Under the pieces are notes generated by a model. The model made no database searches and was not told the origin of the DNA. It saw only the letters and a list, made by a program, of their open reading frames with translations. DNA of 64,000 nucleotides, from IMG/VR virus record IMGVR_UViG_3300031251_000967, positions 11,523 to 75,522 of that record; one strand, written 5' to 3'. This stretch comes from a virus. Each line of letters begins with the position of its first letter. Position 1 is the stretch's first letter. Shown here piece by piece: positions 38,886-47,315 of the stretch. The translations under genes were made by a program, and so were the position numbers.

Positions 38886-39407
38886 TCATTGTGGCGCCTG
38901 CCCTCCGGGCACCCGGCTCTCGTGCTCCGCGCTCAGCCCCGCCTGCGGCGTGTCTTCGCCCTTCGGGCTTCGATCCGATGGCGCAAGGGCGTAACCCTCT
39001 GGCGGAGTCCAAGAGCCTTGGCCCCAGACGCCGCGCATGTCGGGAAATCGCGCGTAGACGGCATTCTCGGCAGACCGGCGGGCGGCTATCGCCGCGTCTA
39101 CCGCTACGGTCTTTTCTTCTCGCAGCGGGCGCAGCACGGCCATAAGCCTTTCGTTTTCTCGCTCGCGCAGGCTCTGCAACTCGCGAATCTGCCGGTCGAT
39201 GTCTTCGATGGCGCGGCTCTTGGCGTCCCACGCTTCCTCACAAGCCTTCACGGCGTCATCGCGCGCCCGCTCAGCATCAACGACATCTGCCGCGCCCGTC
39301 GCCGCCTCCATAGCGGCGGTAAATTCCTTGCGCCTCTGATCGTAGAGCTTCTGCTTGGCCTTCTTGGCTTCGCGGCGCTGCGCCTTTTGTTCCTCTGTCA
39401 GCCGCAT
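38886..39407 (-). CDS. Coiled-coil hypothetical protein (cargo of cassette A)
   Basis: AGGAGA RBS; C-terminus encoded by hairpin element. Confidence 0.7.
   Translation of the reverse strand: MRLTEEQKAQRREAKKAKQKLYDQRRKEFTAAMEAATGAADVVDAERARDDAVKACEEAWDAKSRAIEDIDRQIRELQSLRERENERLMAVLRPLREEKTVAVDAAIAARRSAENAVYARFPDMRGVWGQGSWTPPEGYALAPSDRSPKGEDTPQAGLSAEHESRVPGGQAPQ
38894..38984 (-). repeat. Four-hairpin element, cassette A downstream copy
   Basis: GCGCC..GGATCGAAGCCCGAAGGGCGAAGAC..GAGAGCC..GGCGC. Confidence 0.85.
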
Positions 39408-39420
39408 GTGCGTGTCTCCT

Positions 39421-39514
39421 GCGATATGCGATCGTTACCGAAGGCCGAGACCGCTTGCGGGCTCGGGGAGCGCCGAAGGCGCGAGTAGAGCGCGGTGCGC
39501 GGTAGCGCAATCGC
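39421..39514 (+). repeat. Four-hairpin element, cassette A upstream copy
   Basis: GCGAT..GGCCGAGACCGCTTGCGGGCTCGGG..ATCGC; 25 nt identical to cassette C upstream copy. Confidence 0.85.
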
Positions 39515-39519
39515 CATAA

Positions 39520-39804
39520 TCAACCATCAGTTGTCTCTCCTCGTGCGGGTGCAGGCGCGGGACAGGCGGGAGGATCGATACGGACGATTTTGAGCCCAGC
39601 CGATTTGAGGTAATCCATCAATGCGGCGGTTAGCTGTTTCGGCATTCGGCCGTTCTGCCGGAGGTCGGCGCAGATGCCCTCAAGGTACTGATCAATGACC
39701 GTGTCCACGATCCGTGGCATGGCAGCGTCGAGCCCCGTCTTGACGCCGCTCGCGACGCCTTCGCCGATAGCGCTGTCCATGTCCTTGCGAAACAGTCCGA
39801 ACAT
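39520..39804 (-). CDS. Hypothetical protein
   Basis: 94 aa, purine-rich RBS. Confidence 0.55.
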   Translation of the reverse strand: MFGLFRKDMDSAIGEGVASGVKTGLDAAMPRIVDTVIDQYLEGICADLRQNGRMPKQLTAALMDYLKSAGLKIVRIDPPACPAPAPARGETTDG

Positions 39805-40211
39805 TGTTGCTCTACCCCCCTCTCCCCTGACGCGCTGCGGAACCCGTTCGGAGTACTGTTTGACGCTTTTCGGAGGAGCGGCCAGTGGTCGCGGAAAAGC
39901 GCTTTCAGCCCTTCCGGTGCCGGCGGTGGGTTGTCGATGATTTCCATGAAGCGGTCGAAAGCGTCTGGCGAGGCGCAGAACGTCGTTTGATCCTCGGAAC
40001 CATCTCGCGCCCGTTCCGAACCCTTCCCTGCATCACAGCCCCGTGAAACAGGCGTTTCACGCGATCCTGGCGGCAGGAGGTCAGCCGGCAGTGCAACTCC
40101 GAGCGCGAGAAGCCCGTTCAGCACGACGTCCACTCGTTCCAGCGATCCATGGATGGCCGGGAACCCGTCGTGGTCGGCCAGTTGCTTGGCGAGGTGATGG
40201 CGGCGGGTCAT
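39630..40211 (-). CDS. Protein containing DUF1778 (TacA-like) C-terminal motif
   Basis: PDAFDRFMEIIDNPPPAPEGLKALF; ATGA-coupled start. Confidence 0.45.
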   Translation of the reverse strand: MTRRHHLAKQLADHDGFPAIHGSLERVDVVLNGLLALGVALPADLLPPGSRETPVSRGCDAGKGSERARDGSEDQTTFCASPDAFDRFMEIIDNPPPAPEGLKALFRDHWPLLRKASNSTPNGFRSASGERGVEQQCSDCFARTWTALSAKASRAASRRGSTLPCHGSWTRSLISTLRASAPTSGRTAECRNS

Positions 40212-40609
40212 GAGGGAGCACGCCCAGCGAATTCGATGCGGATGACCCACGGCGGAGAGCGCGTCTCGTCGCGCTCAATCGCGACCGACTTAACCTTGCG
40301 GCCGTTCCACTTCCTGCCGGGCCTCGCGATCGGCCGGACCCGATACCAGCAATCGGGTTCCTCCCCTTCGACGTAGTCGTCGGGATGCTCCCACTGCACG
40401 CGAAGGTGAAGATCGAAAGGGGCTTCTTTGCCGAACAGGTATTCCAGCACCGAGGCGCGGTCGCGGACCTCCTCCTTGCCGTTCCAGCGCAATCCGGTCC
40501 ACGCCGGGCTGTCCGGCGTCACGCGATAGCCGAGCACCGTGCATGTCGTCGGATCGACGGGGAACAATTCGCGATAGGGATCGCGTTGGATGCGCGGGTC
40601 AATGGTCAT
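40208..40609 (-). CDS. Hypothetical protein
   Basis: ATGA-coupled, 133 aa. Confidence 0.6.
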   Translation of the reverse strand: MTIDPRIQRDPYRELFPVDPTTCTVLGYRVTPDSPAWTGLRWNGKEEVRDRASVLEYLFGKEAPFDLHLRVQWEHPDDYVEGEEPDCWYRVRPIARPGRKWNGRKVKSVAIERDETRSPPWVIRIEFAGRAPS

Positions 40610-40824
40610 GAGGGGACATCCGAGATGAGGCGATAGTGCTTGCTGCGGAACAAATGCGTTCCGAGCGGCAGGCGCGCTCCGATCAGCCGCGGCACTGGAT
40701 GCATGAGCACGTCGCACATCGCGACACCTGGGCGAAGGTCCGCGATCCTGTAACGAGAGACGGCGTTGCGCCGCCGATCGTCCATCTCCCACACCTGCCC
40801 CACCCGTACCTCTGGGGCGATCAC
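40606..40824 (-). CDS. Hypothetical protein
   Basis: VRVGQVWEMDDRR; coupled. Confidence 0.6.
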   Translation of the reverse strand: MIAPEVRVGQVWEMDDRRRNAVSRYRIADLRPGVAMCDVLMHPVPRLIGARLPLGTHLFRSKHYRLISDVPS

Positions 40825-41273
40825 GAGGCACCGCCGACGACAGAGGAAGGGTTTAGCGCATCGGCGTTGCCGACCGGGCTCTCGTCTCCGACCGAGCCCC
40901 TATGGGTCTCGGCCCTCCGGGCTTCGATCCCTTGCGCGTCCAGCGCTTCCAGCCCGTTCGCGAACACGTAGCAGAGCACCGCGAATGATCCGGTGGCGTC
41001 GTTCGGCGGCTGCTGAAAGATGCTCATGACGCCGTCGGCGTAGCAGCGTTCCAGCGCCATCATGTCCGGAGCTTCCGGGTCGGTTATCAGGCGCAAGATC
41101 GCCATCGCCCGCGCGGCGGCGTCGTTGACGTGGCCGTTGAACACCGCCATGTGCACGTCGGGGAACGCGATAGGGATCGCAGCCGAATGGCCAAGACCCG
41201 AAGGGGCTTGGTGCGGAGCACAAGAGCCCGGGCCGAAGGCATCGCCGTTATCTAAGTTGTTGGTTTCGTTCAC
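40821..41273 (-). CDS. Hypothetical protein (cargo of cassette B), reads through both elements
   Basis: GTG after GAGG; DAFGPG..SGLGHSAAIPIA and QGIEARRAET. Confidence 0.6.
   Translation of the reverse strand: MNETNNLDNGDAFGPGSCAPHQAPSGLGHSAAIPIAFPDVHMAVFNGHVNDAAARAMAILRLITDPEAPDMMALERCYADGVMSIFQQPPNDATGSFAVLCYVFANGLEALDAQGIEARRAETHRGSVGDESPVGNADALNPSSVVGGAS
40856..40937 (-). repeat. Four-hairpin element, cassette B downstream copy
   Basis: 27 nt (CGCGCAAGGGATCGAAGCCCGGAGGGC) identical to cassette C downstream copy. Confidence 0.9.
41167..41245 (+). repeat. Four-hairpin element, cassette B upstream copy
   Basis: GCGATAGGGATCGCAGCCGAATGGCCAAGAC..AGAGCCCGGGCCGAAGGCATCGC. Confidence 0.9.
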
Positions 41274-41304
41274 TGTCCTCGTCTCCCCTGTTTCCTCAGG
41301 CCGA

Positions 41305-41670
41305 TCACTCTGCCGCCATCTTCCGGTCGTACTTGTCGCCGTCGATGCGCTCGGCAGCGGGAGGCGCCCATCCTCGCGGCGAGAGGGCCTTCGCCTTTTC
41401 GGCCATCTCCCCGACGGCGGCATGGAACCGGCTGACGAGAATCTTGCGCTCGCGCTCGGCGATGGCCCGCTCCGCGTCGGTCAAGTCATTGGCCCGGATC
41501 TGCCGCCAGTTCGGGCGCACCATGTCGCGCGGCGCCCACGGCGGCTGCACGTACTGCTCACGCTTCGGCCGGCCGTGCATGGCGAAAATGACGCGCTCGG
41601 CCTCGCGGTCGTAATCCGCGTCGAGCCATTCCTGCATCGGGTCGGCGGGGCTCGGAAGCTGAAGCCCCAT
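41305..41670 (-). CDS. Hypothetical protein after replication initiator
   Basis: GGAG RBS; start uncertain. Confidence 0.45.
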   Translation of the reverse strand: MGLQLPSPADPMQEWLDADYDREAERVIFAMHGRPKREQYVQPPWAPRDMVRPNWRQIRANDLTDAERAIAERERKILVSRFHAAVGEMAEKAKALSPRGWAPPAAERIDGDKYDRKMAAE

Positions 41671-41722
41671 GCTCCGCCGCCATGCGCGATCGTAAGCGTG
41701 CCAGCGCCACGTCTGCGGGGTG

Positions 41723-42502
41723 TCAAGCCTCTGACCTGATCCACGTTTTTGGCGGAGGTGCAGAAGGTCGTTCGCGCTGAACGGGGAGTGATAGGATGTC
41801 GGCGGGTTGTCTTGCATTTGGTTCGCCTCGGGCGTTCAGAGCCCAATTAATCCAGGTACGATGCCAATCGGCTTTTCGGCCCTTCGCCGCGGACTGCGAG
41901 AGCCAGTGGTTCGTGAACTTGATGACCTCAGCCTCCAAGTTCGCCCTCGGCAGCGAGACTTTCTCCCGCGCCTTGCGGGCGTCCTCGATCCACTCCTCTG
42001 GCATGACGAAATCCGAAGGCAATCGAGAACCGCGTTCTTCGCTCCCCCGCTTGCGGGGGGGCTTAAGGGGGGATTCTTCTTCTTGGTTATGGGGATGGGG
42101 ATGGGTAGGTTCTTTCTGGGTTGCCTGGAAAGAACCTACCGGGTTTTCTGTTTCGTTTGTTTTCTGAGACTTAGGCCGCCCACCTTGTGCGCCGTTCGCG
42201 CGGCTGTTCGCTGCGCGTTCTTCGACAAATTTCCACTCTTTTTCGAGCCTTTCGTTCCGCCATGTGCCGGCGGACAGGTCGAAGAACTCGGCAATCACCG
42301 GTCGCAGCTTGTCGGTCCAGCGCGCCACGGTGACGCCGAGCATGCGGGCAATGCGCTTGTCATCGTCCGGAAGCGCTTGCCCGGCGTTCCGCCACGTGAT
42401 CATCAGCAGCTTGAGGTACGCGCCATGCTCCTCAAGCGACAAATGCATGGTGTCGCCGAGATAGTCGCCGCAGAATAGGGGCATGGCAGGGGCTTGGCTC
42501 AC
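41723..42502 (-). CDS. Replication initiator, DUF1376/YdaU family
   Basis: MPLFCGDYLGDTMHLSLEEHGAYLKLL; KADWHRTWINW. Confidence 0.85.
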   Translation of the reverse strand: MSQAPAMPLFCGDYLGDTMHLSLEEHGAYLKLLMITWRNAGQALPDDDKRIARMLGVTVARWTDKLRPVIAEFFDLSAGTWRNERLEKEWKFVEERAANSRANGAQGGRPKSQKTNETENPVGSFQATQKEPTHPHPHNQEEESPLKPPRKRGSEERGSRLPSDFVMPEEWIEDARKAREKVSLPRANLEAEVIKFTNHWLSQSAAKGRKADWHRTWINWALNARGEPNARQPADILSLPVQRERPSAPPPKTWIRSEA

Positions 42503-42726
42503 CGCTTCACCTTCACCGCGAGATACCAGCGGGCGTAGTTCTCAGGCGTCGGCCGGCGGCTCCCCGCCTCCCAGCAGGACAGGGCTTGTGGACTGACGCC
42601 GATCTGCCGGGCTACCGTCTTCGCGAGAACGCCGCGCTCCTCACGCAGCCGCCGCAGTTCGGCCGCGCTGACGACGTACTCGGCAAGCGGGTTCTCGCAG
42701 CCGCAATGACGGCACCTACCGGTCAT
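42499..42726 (-). CDS. XRE-family HTH protein
   Basis: VARQIGVSPQALSCWEAGSRRP. Confidence 0.8.
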   Translation of the reverse strand: MTGRCRHCGCENPLAEYVVSAAELRRLREERGVLAKTVARQIGVSPQALSCWEAGSRRPTPENYARWYLAVKVKR

Positions 42727-42777
42727 TCCGGTCTCCCTGGATAGGAGATAGACAGGGGGAGAGGAGAGGAGGTCACG

Positions 42778-43608
42778 CTAGACACCGCAGAATCCTCCGC
42801 AAGCGTTGTTGAACATGCTGAGCTGGTCGCGCTTCAGGTGCGGCGGCTTGGGGACGAACTTCACTTCGCTCAACGGCTTGCGGCTTTCGTGCAGGTACGG
42901 CACGGCGCGGAACTCCGTCGATTGGGCGTATGCGGCTTGGAGTTCGAGTTCCTTGGCGGCGGCGTCGGCACGCTCGGCCGGCGTAAGCTCAAGCCACGCG
43001 TCGTCGTCCTTGAAGGGGCAGAAGGTGCAGGCAGATCGCGGCGGCTCCGGATAGCCCCGCTTCTGCATCCAGGCGAAGCAGTCGGCGCGCGTCATGTCCT
43101 GCTCGATCAGCGGCCACCGAGTTTCAATCCAGTCCTTCCTACTAGGAGCCATACGAGATGCTTCGTCGGTGCTGATGCCGATCCACATCTCGACAAGCGC
43201 ACCGTGCCTCTTCGTCACCCGCTTCATGCCAAGCAGTTCACGGCACTTGCGCGTGACTGGATCGATCTTAAAATCCTGCGTGCACTGGCGCTTGCCCAAG
43301 CCCTTCGCGAGGCCGTCAAGCGTATAAACGGGAATAGCTGTCTGGACGTATGTCCGTTGGCCGTCCCGTGTGCGTCGTACGCGCGTTGCCGACTGCCAGA
43401 GATTGCCGCGCGATACCCGATATACCGGGAACGAAAGGACGCTCTCCAGCCAATCCAGATGGCGATACACCTTCTCCGGCTCGCCCTCAGTGTCTGAGAA
43501 GATGGCGCAATCCGGTTTCGGCCCGACCTCGCCATGTTCGGCCATCAAAGCGAGCGTCGTGCTTTGCACGCCCGCCCCGAGCGATATCGCCCGCAGCCTG
43601 ACGCTCAT
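42778..43608 (-). CDS. PAPS-reductase-like (PP-loop) phage protein
   Basis: SLGAGVQST, IFSDTEGEP, RQCT, IGISTDE, RSACTFCPF, CGGFCGV. Confidence 0.8.
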   Translation of the reverse strand: MSVRLRAISLGAGVQSTTLALMAEHGEVGPKPDCAIFSDTEGEPEKVYRHLDWLESVLSFPVYRVSRGNLWQSATRVRRTRDGQRTYVQTAIPVYTLDGLAKGLGKRQCTQDFKIDPVTRKCRELLGMKRVTKRHGALVEMWIGISTDEASRMAPSRKDWIETRWPLIEQDMTRADCFAWMQKRGYPEPPRSACTFCPFKDDDAWLELTPAERADAAAKELELQAAYAQSTEFRAVPYLHESRKPLSEVKFVPKPPHLKRDQLSMFNNACGGFCGV

Positions 43609-43663
43609 GCCGTCCCCCGTCTTTTGCGATCGACGAGGACAAGGGTTTTCCTGGCAGGGGCCA

Positions 43664-45322
43664 TCAGAGCAAAGCCTCTTGCTGATCGCTGGAGAGCGAT
43701 TGGAACAGGGGGGAGTCGAGACCTTGCATGCGGTCGAGACGGCGCTTGATATCGGCTACGTACTCGGCTTCCCGCTCGATCAGGATCGCGTCGAAACCTT
43801 CCCGCATGCAGGCCGCGCCCGTGGTACCGGAGCCGGCGAAGGGATCAAGCACGGTGCCACCCGGCGGGGTGACGAGGCGCACGAGCCAGCGCATGAGCGC
43901 GATCGGCTTTACGGTCGGGTGCTTGCTGTCGCAGCGATCGTCGGCGTCGGCCTTGGCGGAGAAGAAGAAACGGGCGGCAGAGCCTGTTTCACTCTCAATG
44001 GCACCGATGGGCGATCCGGCCGCCGTACTGCCATAACCCGGCGCGCGCACCGTGCCGCCGCGGGTCCCGTGCGTCTGTCGCTCTCCGAACTGCGCGAAGG
44101 CTTCCAGCACCTCGTCAGAGCCGTCGTGGACGAGGTTAGCGGGCCAGCGGCCGAGCGCTTCGCCCGGTCGCTGCTCGGCAAAGCGTTCGGGAGTCGTGCG
44201 ATCGGTAATCGTGTGACCGTATTCACCGGGCGTGCCCGAAGGCGCGTAGCCGCGGCGTGCGACGCTCGGGTTCTCGCCCGCCACCCGGCACGCATCGACG
44301 TTCAACGCCCCGGTGCCGTGCAACAGCACGTTCGCAGCAACGGTGCCGTCGAGAGGCTTACGGGCAAGGACGATCGGCTCCCAGGCGGGCTTTAGGGCGG
44401 TTCCTATTCCGTCAGGAACAATCGGTTTGCCGCACCTTCCGCAATCCGGCCATGCTCCGCCATCTTGTGGCTCCGGTTGTCCGGCCACAGTTCCAGATTG
44501 CTCGGATCGTTGTTCAGCGGCTTGTGATCCCCGTGGTGAACCACTTCCACCCGCAGCAACGGACGGCCGATCCGCTTCGCCATTACTAACCGATGTTCCA
44601 TCACATAGCCGTCCGCACGCGCCATGCTGATGAACTCCGGCGGGCATCTGACATACCGAACCGAGACATAGTTTCCGTGTCTCTTCCGGTAGGTTACGCC
44701 GCCCTTCCAAGCCCAGTTGGCAGCACCCTTCGGCGGGGGCGGCGCATTGCAGTGCTTCAGCGGATGCGCCTTGTTCCGGCAGGCACGGGAACAATACCTG
44801 CCGCTGCCCGCTCGCAACTGATGAGGCCGCCGATACATCGGCGTCGTGCACAACACGCAAGTTGTATTCGGGCGACGGTTCGGGGTGCTCACAGTCGCAG
44901 ATTTTACCATCTAACGCCTTGTTTATGCTATGACTTTTCGGAAATCCGGCACCATAGCACCAAGCCAATTGGTCACGGATCTCGAAACCGGCATCCTCGA
45001 TAGCGCAGGCGAGCCGGTGATAGGTGCGCGTGCCGCTGAAGGCGATCAGATGCGCGCCCGGCTTCAAGACGCGGTAGACTTCACGCCACCAGTCAGGATC
45101 GAACGCGGTCTCCCCAGTGTCCCATTGCTGGCCCATGAATCCAGCCGATGCCCGCTTGTAGAGGCCGTCCCGGTCCTTGGCTGGCGCGCTGCCGGGCTTG
45201 CCGAAACGCTTCTGGATGCTGACGAGCGAGTACGGCGGATCTGTCACGCATGCGTCTATGCTGCCGTCTGCGAAAGTGCGCGCGACGTCGCGGCAATCGC
45301 CGTGCTCGACGCGAATGTTCAT
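43664..45322 (-). CDS. DNA methyltransferase, N6/N4 beta class, with about 170-aa insertion
   Basis: TDPPY, GFPKSH, GTALKPAWEPI, HPTVKP, LDPFAGSGTTG. Confidence 0.92.
   Translation of the reverse strand: MNIRVEHGDCRDVARTFADGSIDACVTDPPYSLVSIQKRFGKPGSAPAKDRDGLYKRASAGFMGQQWDTGETAFDPDWWREVYRVLKPGAHLIAFSGTRTYHRLACAIEDAGFEIRDQLAWCYGAGFPKSHSINKALDGKICDCEHPEPSPEYNLRVVHDADVSAASSVASGQRQVLFPCLPEQGASAEALQCAAPAEGCCQLGLEGRRNLPEETRKLCLGSVCQMPAGVHQHGACGRLCDGTSVSNGEADRPSVAAGGSGSPRGSQAAEQRSEQSGTVAGQPEPQDGGAWPDCGRCGKPIVPDGIGTALKPAWEPIVLARKPLDGTVAANVLLHGTGALNVDACRVAGENPSVARRGYAPSGTPGEYGHTITDRTTPERFAEQRPGEALGRWPANLVHDGSDEVLEAFAQFGERQTHGTRGGTVRAPGYGSTAAGSPIGAIESETGSAARFFFSAKADADDRCDSKHPTVKPIALMRWLVRLVTPPGGTVLDPFAGSGTTGAACMREGFDAILIEREAEYVADIKRRLDRMQGLDSPLFQSLSSDQQEALL
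44404..44910 (-). CDS. HNH endonuclease nested out of frame within the MTase
   Basis: CxxC..YCSRAC zinc finger, WKGG, YVMEHRLVM...EVVHHGDHKPLNNDPSNLELW. Confidence 0.85.
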   Translation of the reverse strand: MVKSATVSTPNRRPNTTCVLCTTPMYRRPHQLRAGSGRYCSRACRNKAHPLKHCNAPPPPKGAANWAWKGGVTYRKRHGNYVSVRYVRCPPEFISMARADGYVMEHRLVMAKRIGRPLLRVEVVHHGDHKPLNNDPSNLELWPDNRSHKMAEHGRIAEGAANRLFLTE

Positions 45323-45795
45323 GTGAGCACCTGCGGCCCTGACATACGGATCTCAAATCCGTAAATTGCTTCGACGACGGCGCGACGGAGACGAGACACT
45401 GAGTCGTCTATCCCCTTGTGCTCCTCGACCACGAACCGGCCGTTCTTTTCGCGGTAGGTGAAGTCGGCGGTGTAGACGGCCGTGCGACCGTTCGGATACC
45501 GCTCGGAGCGGATGACGACTTGGCGTTCGCCGATCTTCAGGACGAACCGGACTTGGCGGCTGAGGTGGGTGATCTGCCCTGCCCGCTCCATCAGCTTCAG
45601 TTCGCACCAGCGGTCGTACTCGGACTGGCTGTCGAAGCGCACGCCGTCCACGATGACGGGCTTGGCCTTCCACTTCGAGGGCAAGGGATCGCGCGCCGGC
45701 TTCTGTTGCGCGATCTGCTCCGCAAGCAGTTTGGCTGCTACCTGTTCGCGCGCGGCCGGGCCGAGGGAGAGGATGGAGAATGTGCGCTTCGACAC
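45319..45795 (-). CDS. DUF1064 family PD-(D/E)XK nuclease
   Basis: VDGVRFDSQSE, YTADFTY, VVEEHKG. Confidence 0.85.
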   Translation of the reverse strand: MSKRTFSILSLGPAAREQVAAKLLAEQIAQQKPARDPLPSKWKAKPVIVDGVRFDSQSEYDRWCELKLMERAGQITHLSRQVRFVLKIGERQVVIRSERYPNGRTAVYTADFTYREKNGRFVVEEHKGIDDSVSRLRRAVVEAIYGFEIRMSGPQVLT

Positions 45796-45806
45796 GATGG
45801 ATCGCC

Positions 45807-46046
45807 CTACTCCGCGGCCTCGCGCAGGGGCGCCCCGAAATACTGGCGGCGTCGGCGGGCTTTCTCTCGCCCGCCTTGGTGCGGCATGTATCTTGACGAA
45901 CCGCGTACCGCGCGAAGCTTGCGGTCGCATGTGCCTGGATGGACCAGCGTCGGCCGCAAGCGCCAGTTCTCCCTGATGATCGCGAAGGTGATGTGGCGAT
46001 TGGTGGTGGCGAAGCCGCGGGCGAAAGGATTGCTCTTCCGCATCAC
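45807..46046 (-). CDS. Hypothetical basic protein
   Basis: Coupled start; ends EAAE. Confidence 0.45.
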   Translation of the reverse strand: MMRKSNPFARGFATTNRHITFAIIRENWRLRPTLVHPGTCDRKLRAVRGSSRYMPHQGGREKARRRRQYFGAPLREAAE

Positions 46047-46348
46047 GCATCCTCCTGCTCATCGGAGGACAGATCCGGGATCATCCCCAGAGCCCGCTTG
46101 TAGACATCAAGAAGCGCTTCTTCTTCGTCGATTTCGTCGGGATCTTTGCCGCGAAGTGCTATAATGCGCTTCAGGATCTTGGTATCGAACCCGGAGCCTT
46201 TGGCCTCCGAGTAGACTTCCTTGATATCCTCGCTGAGCGCCTTCTTTTCCGCTTCAAGGCGTTCGATCCTCTCCACAAAGGAGCGGAGTTGATTTGCAGC
46301 GACGCCGTCCACGTCATTGCTCGGCAGGGAATCGCTTTGTTCGCTCAT
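46043..46348 (-). CDS. gapR: GapR/DUF2312 nucleoid-associated protein homologue
   Basis: [38 protein letters not shown]. Confidence 0.9.
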   Translation of the reverse strand: MSEQSDSLPSNDVDGVAANQLRSFVERIERLEAEKKALSEDIKEVYSEAKGSGFDTKILKRIIALRGKDPDEIDEEEALLDVYKRALGMIPDLSSDEQEDA

Positions 46349-46526
46349 GGTAATGTGCTCCTGAAGGTAAGGTTCGGATCAGTTCTGTTCCTGCCGCCAC
46401 TCGCGGATGTGTTGGTGGCATTGGTCGGTGCAGTGGAAATACCGGGCCGCGTAGCCCATCAGAAAGCAGGCGAGACACGCACCAAACCACGCGAGGTATT
46501 CCATGCTGTCCTCCTGTAAGGGGCGA

Positions 46527-47315
46527 TCAGACCCGACCGTCTTTGCCGGTGCGGGGGCGAACGGGAGTCGGTCCCAAGGCGTCGTTCTTCACGGTGTAGT
46601 GAGGGGCGCGGGCTCGAACGGCATCGACGCCGCCGGCCGCGGCAAGCCACTCCTCGATGCTGTCCGTGACGATCGCGGGGCGGGTGAACTCAGCGGGCGG
46701 AAGACCTATCTTCTCATCCTCACGGGCGCGCTGAAGCCGCTGAGTGGGCGCGCCGTGACGCGATGCTGTTACCCTTGCCCCCGCCCTTCCGCCGTCGGCA
46801 CAGCGAGACCGCCGGCACTTCATGGCGCCGCACGTCCGGCCGGTGTGGGTGTAGGTCGCCTCGCAGACCGGGCAGATACGCTTGGCATTCTCCCGCATCG
46901 CCCGCGCAGCCATCTGGCAGGCGGCATCCCGGCAGTAATGGCGTCTCTCGAATGTCTTCTGGCTTTCGCGGGACTTATCGCGGACGAGGACTTCGTTGCA
47001 GGCGAGGCAGCGGCGCGCGTTGGCGGCGATGTGCGCCTGCCGGCACGCCTCGTTGCAGTACTTCCGCTTCTCCCACTGAGCGCGGCTGAGAGCACCCTTC
47101 ACCAAGGGCTTTCCGCACCCGGGAAAGGCGCAGATCTTCACATCCGAAGAAGCCGGCGCTCCGCACCCGTTCATATCAGCCGGCGAGGCGGATTGATGCG
47201 GAGCGCCGCAGGTAGCGGTGGGCGAGACCGCTCGGGAGGGAAGCCCGCGGGGACTCTCCCCGCCTTCGGACGCCGCAACACTCAACAGCGCCGGAAGAGA
47301 TGAACCGGAGAGCAT
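46527..47315 (-). CDS. Multi-zinc-finger protein
   Basis: Repeated C..C...RKYCxxxC units. Confidence 0.6.
   Translation of the reverse strand: MLSGSSLPALLSVAASEGGESPRGLPSRAVSPTATCGAPHQSASPADMNGCGAPASSDVKICAFPGCGKPLVKGALSRAQWEKRKYCNEACRQAHIAANARRCLACNEVLVRDKSRESQKTFERRHYCRDAACQMAARAMRENAKRICPVCEATYTHTGRTCGAMKCRRSRCADGGRAGARVTASRHGAPTQRLQRAREDEKIGLPPAEFTRPAIVTDSIEEWLAAAGGVDAVRARAPHYTVKNDALGPTPVRPRTGKDGRV

Noticed and set aside
40042-40061. parS-like CGTGAAAC/GTTTCACG palindrome
   Set aside because: Half-sites are in the wrong order and separated; no parAB
38894-41245. Hairpin elements as CRISPR repeats or integron attC sites
   Set aside because: Inverted pairs rather than direct arrays; no GTTRRRY/RYYYAAC boxes, cas genes or IntI
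44404-44910. Intein or group I intron as explanation of the MTase insert
   Set aside because: No His-Asn/C-S-T junction; the endonuclease is out of frame and leaves no room for a ribozyme core (by eye only)
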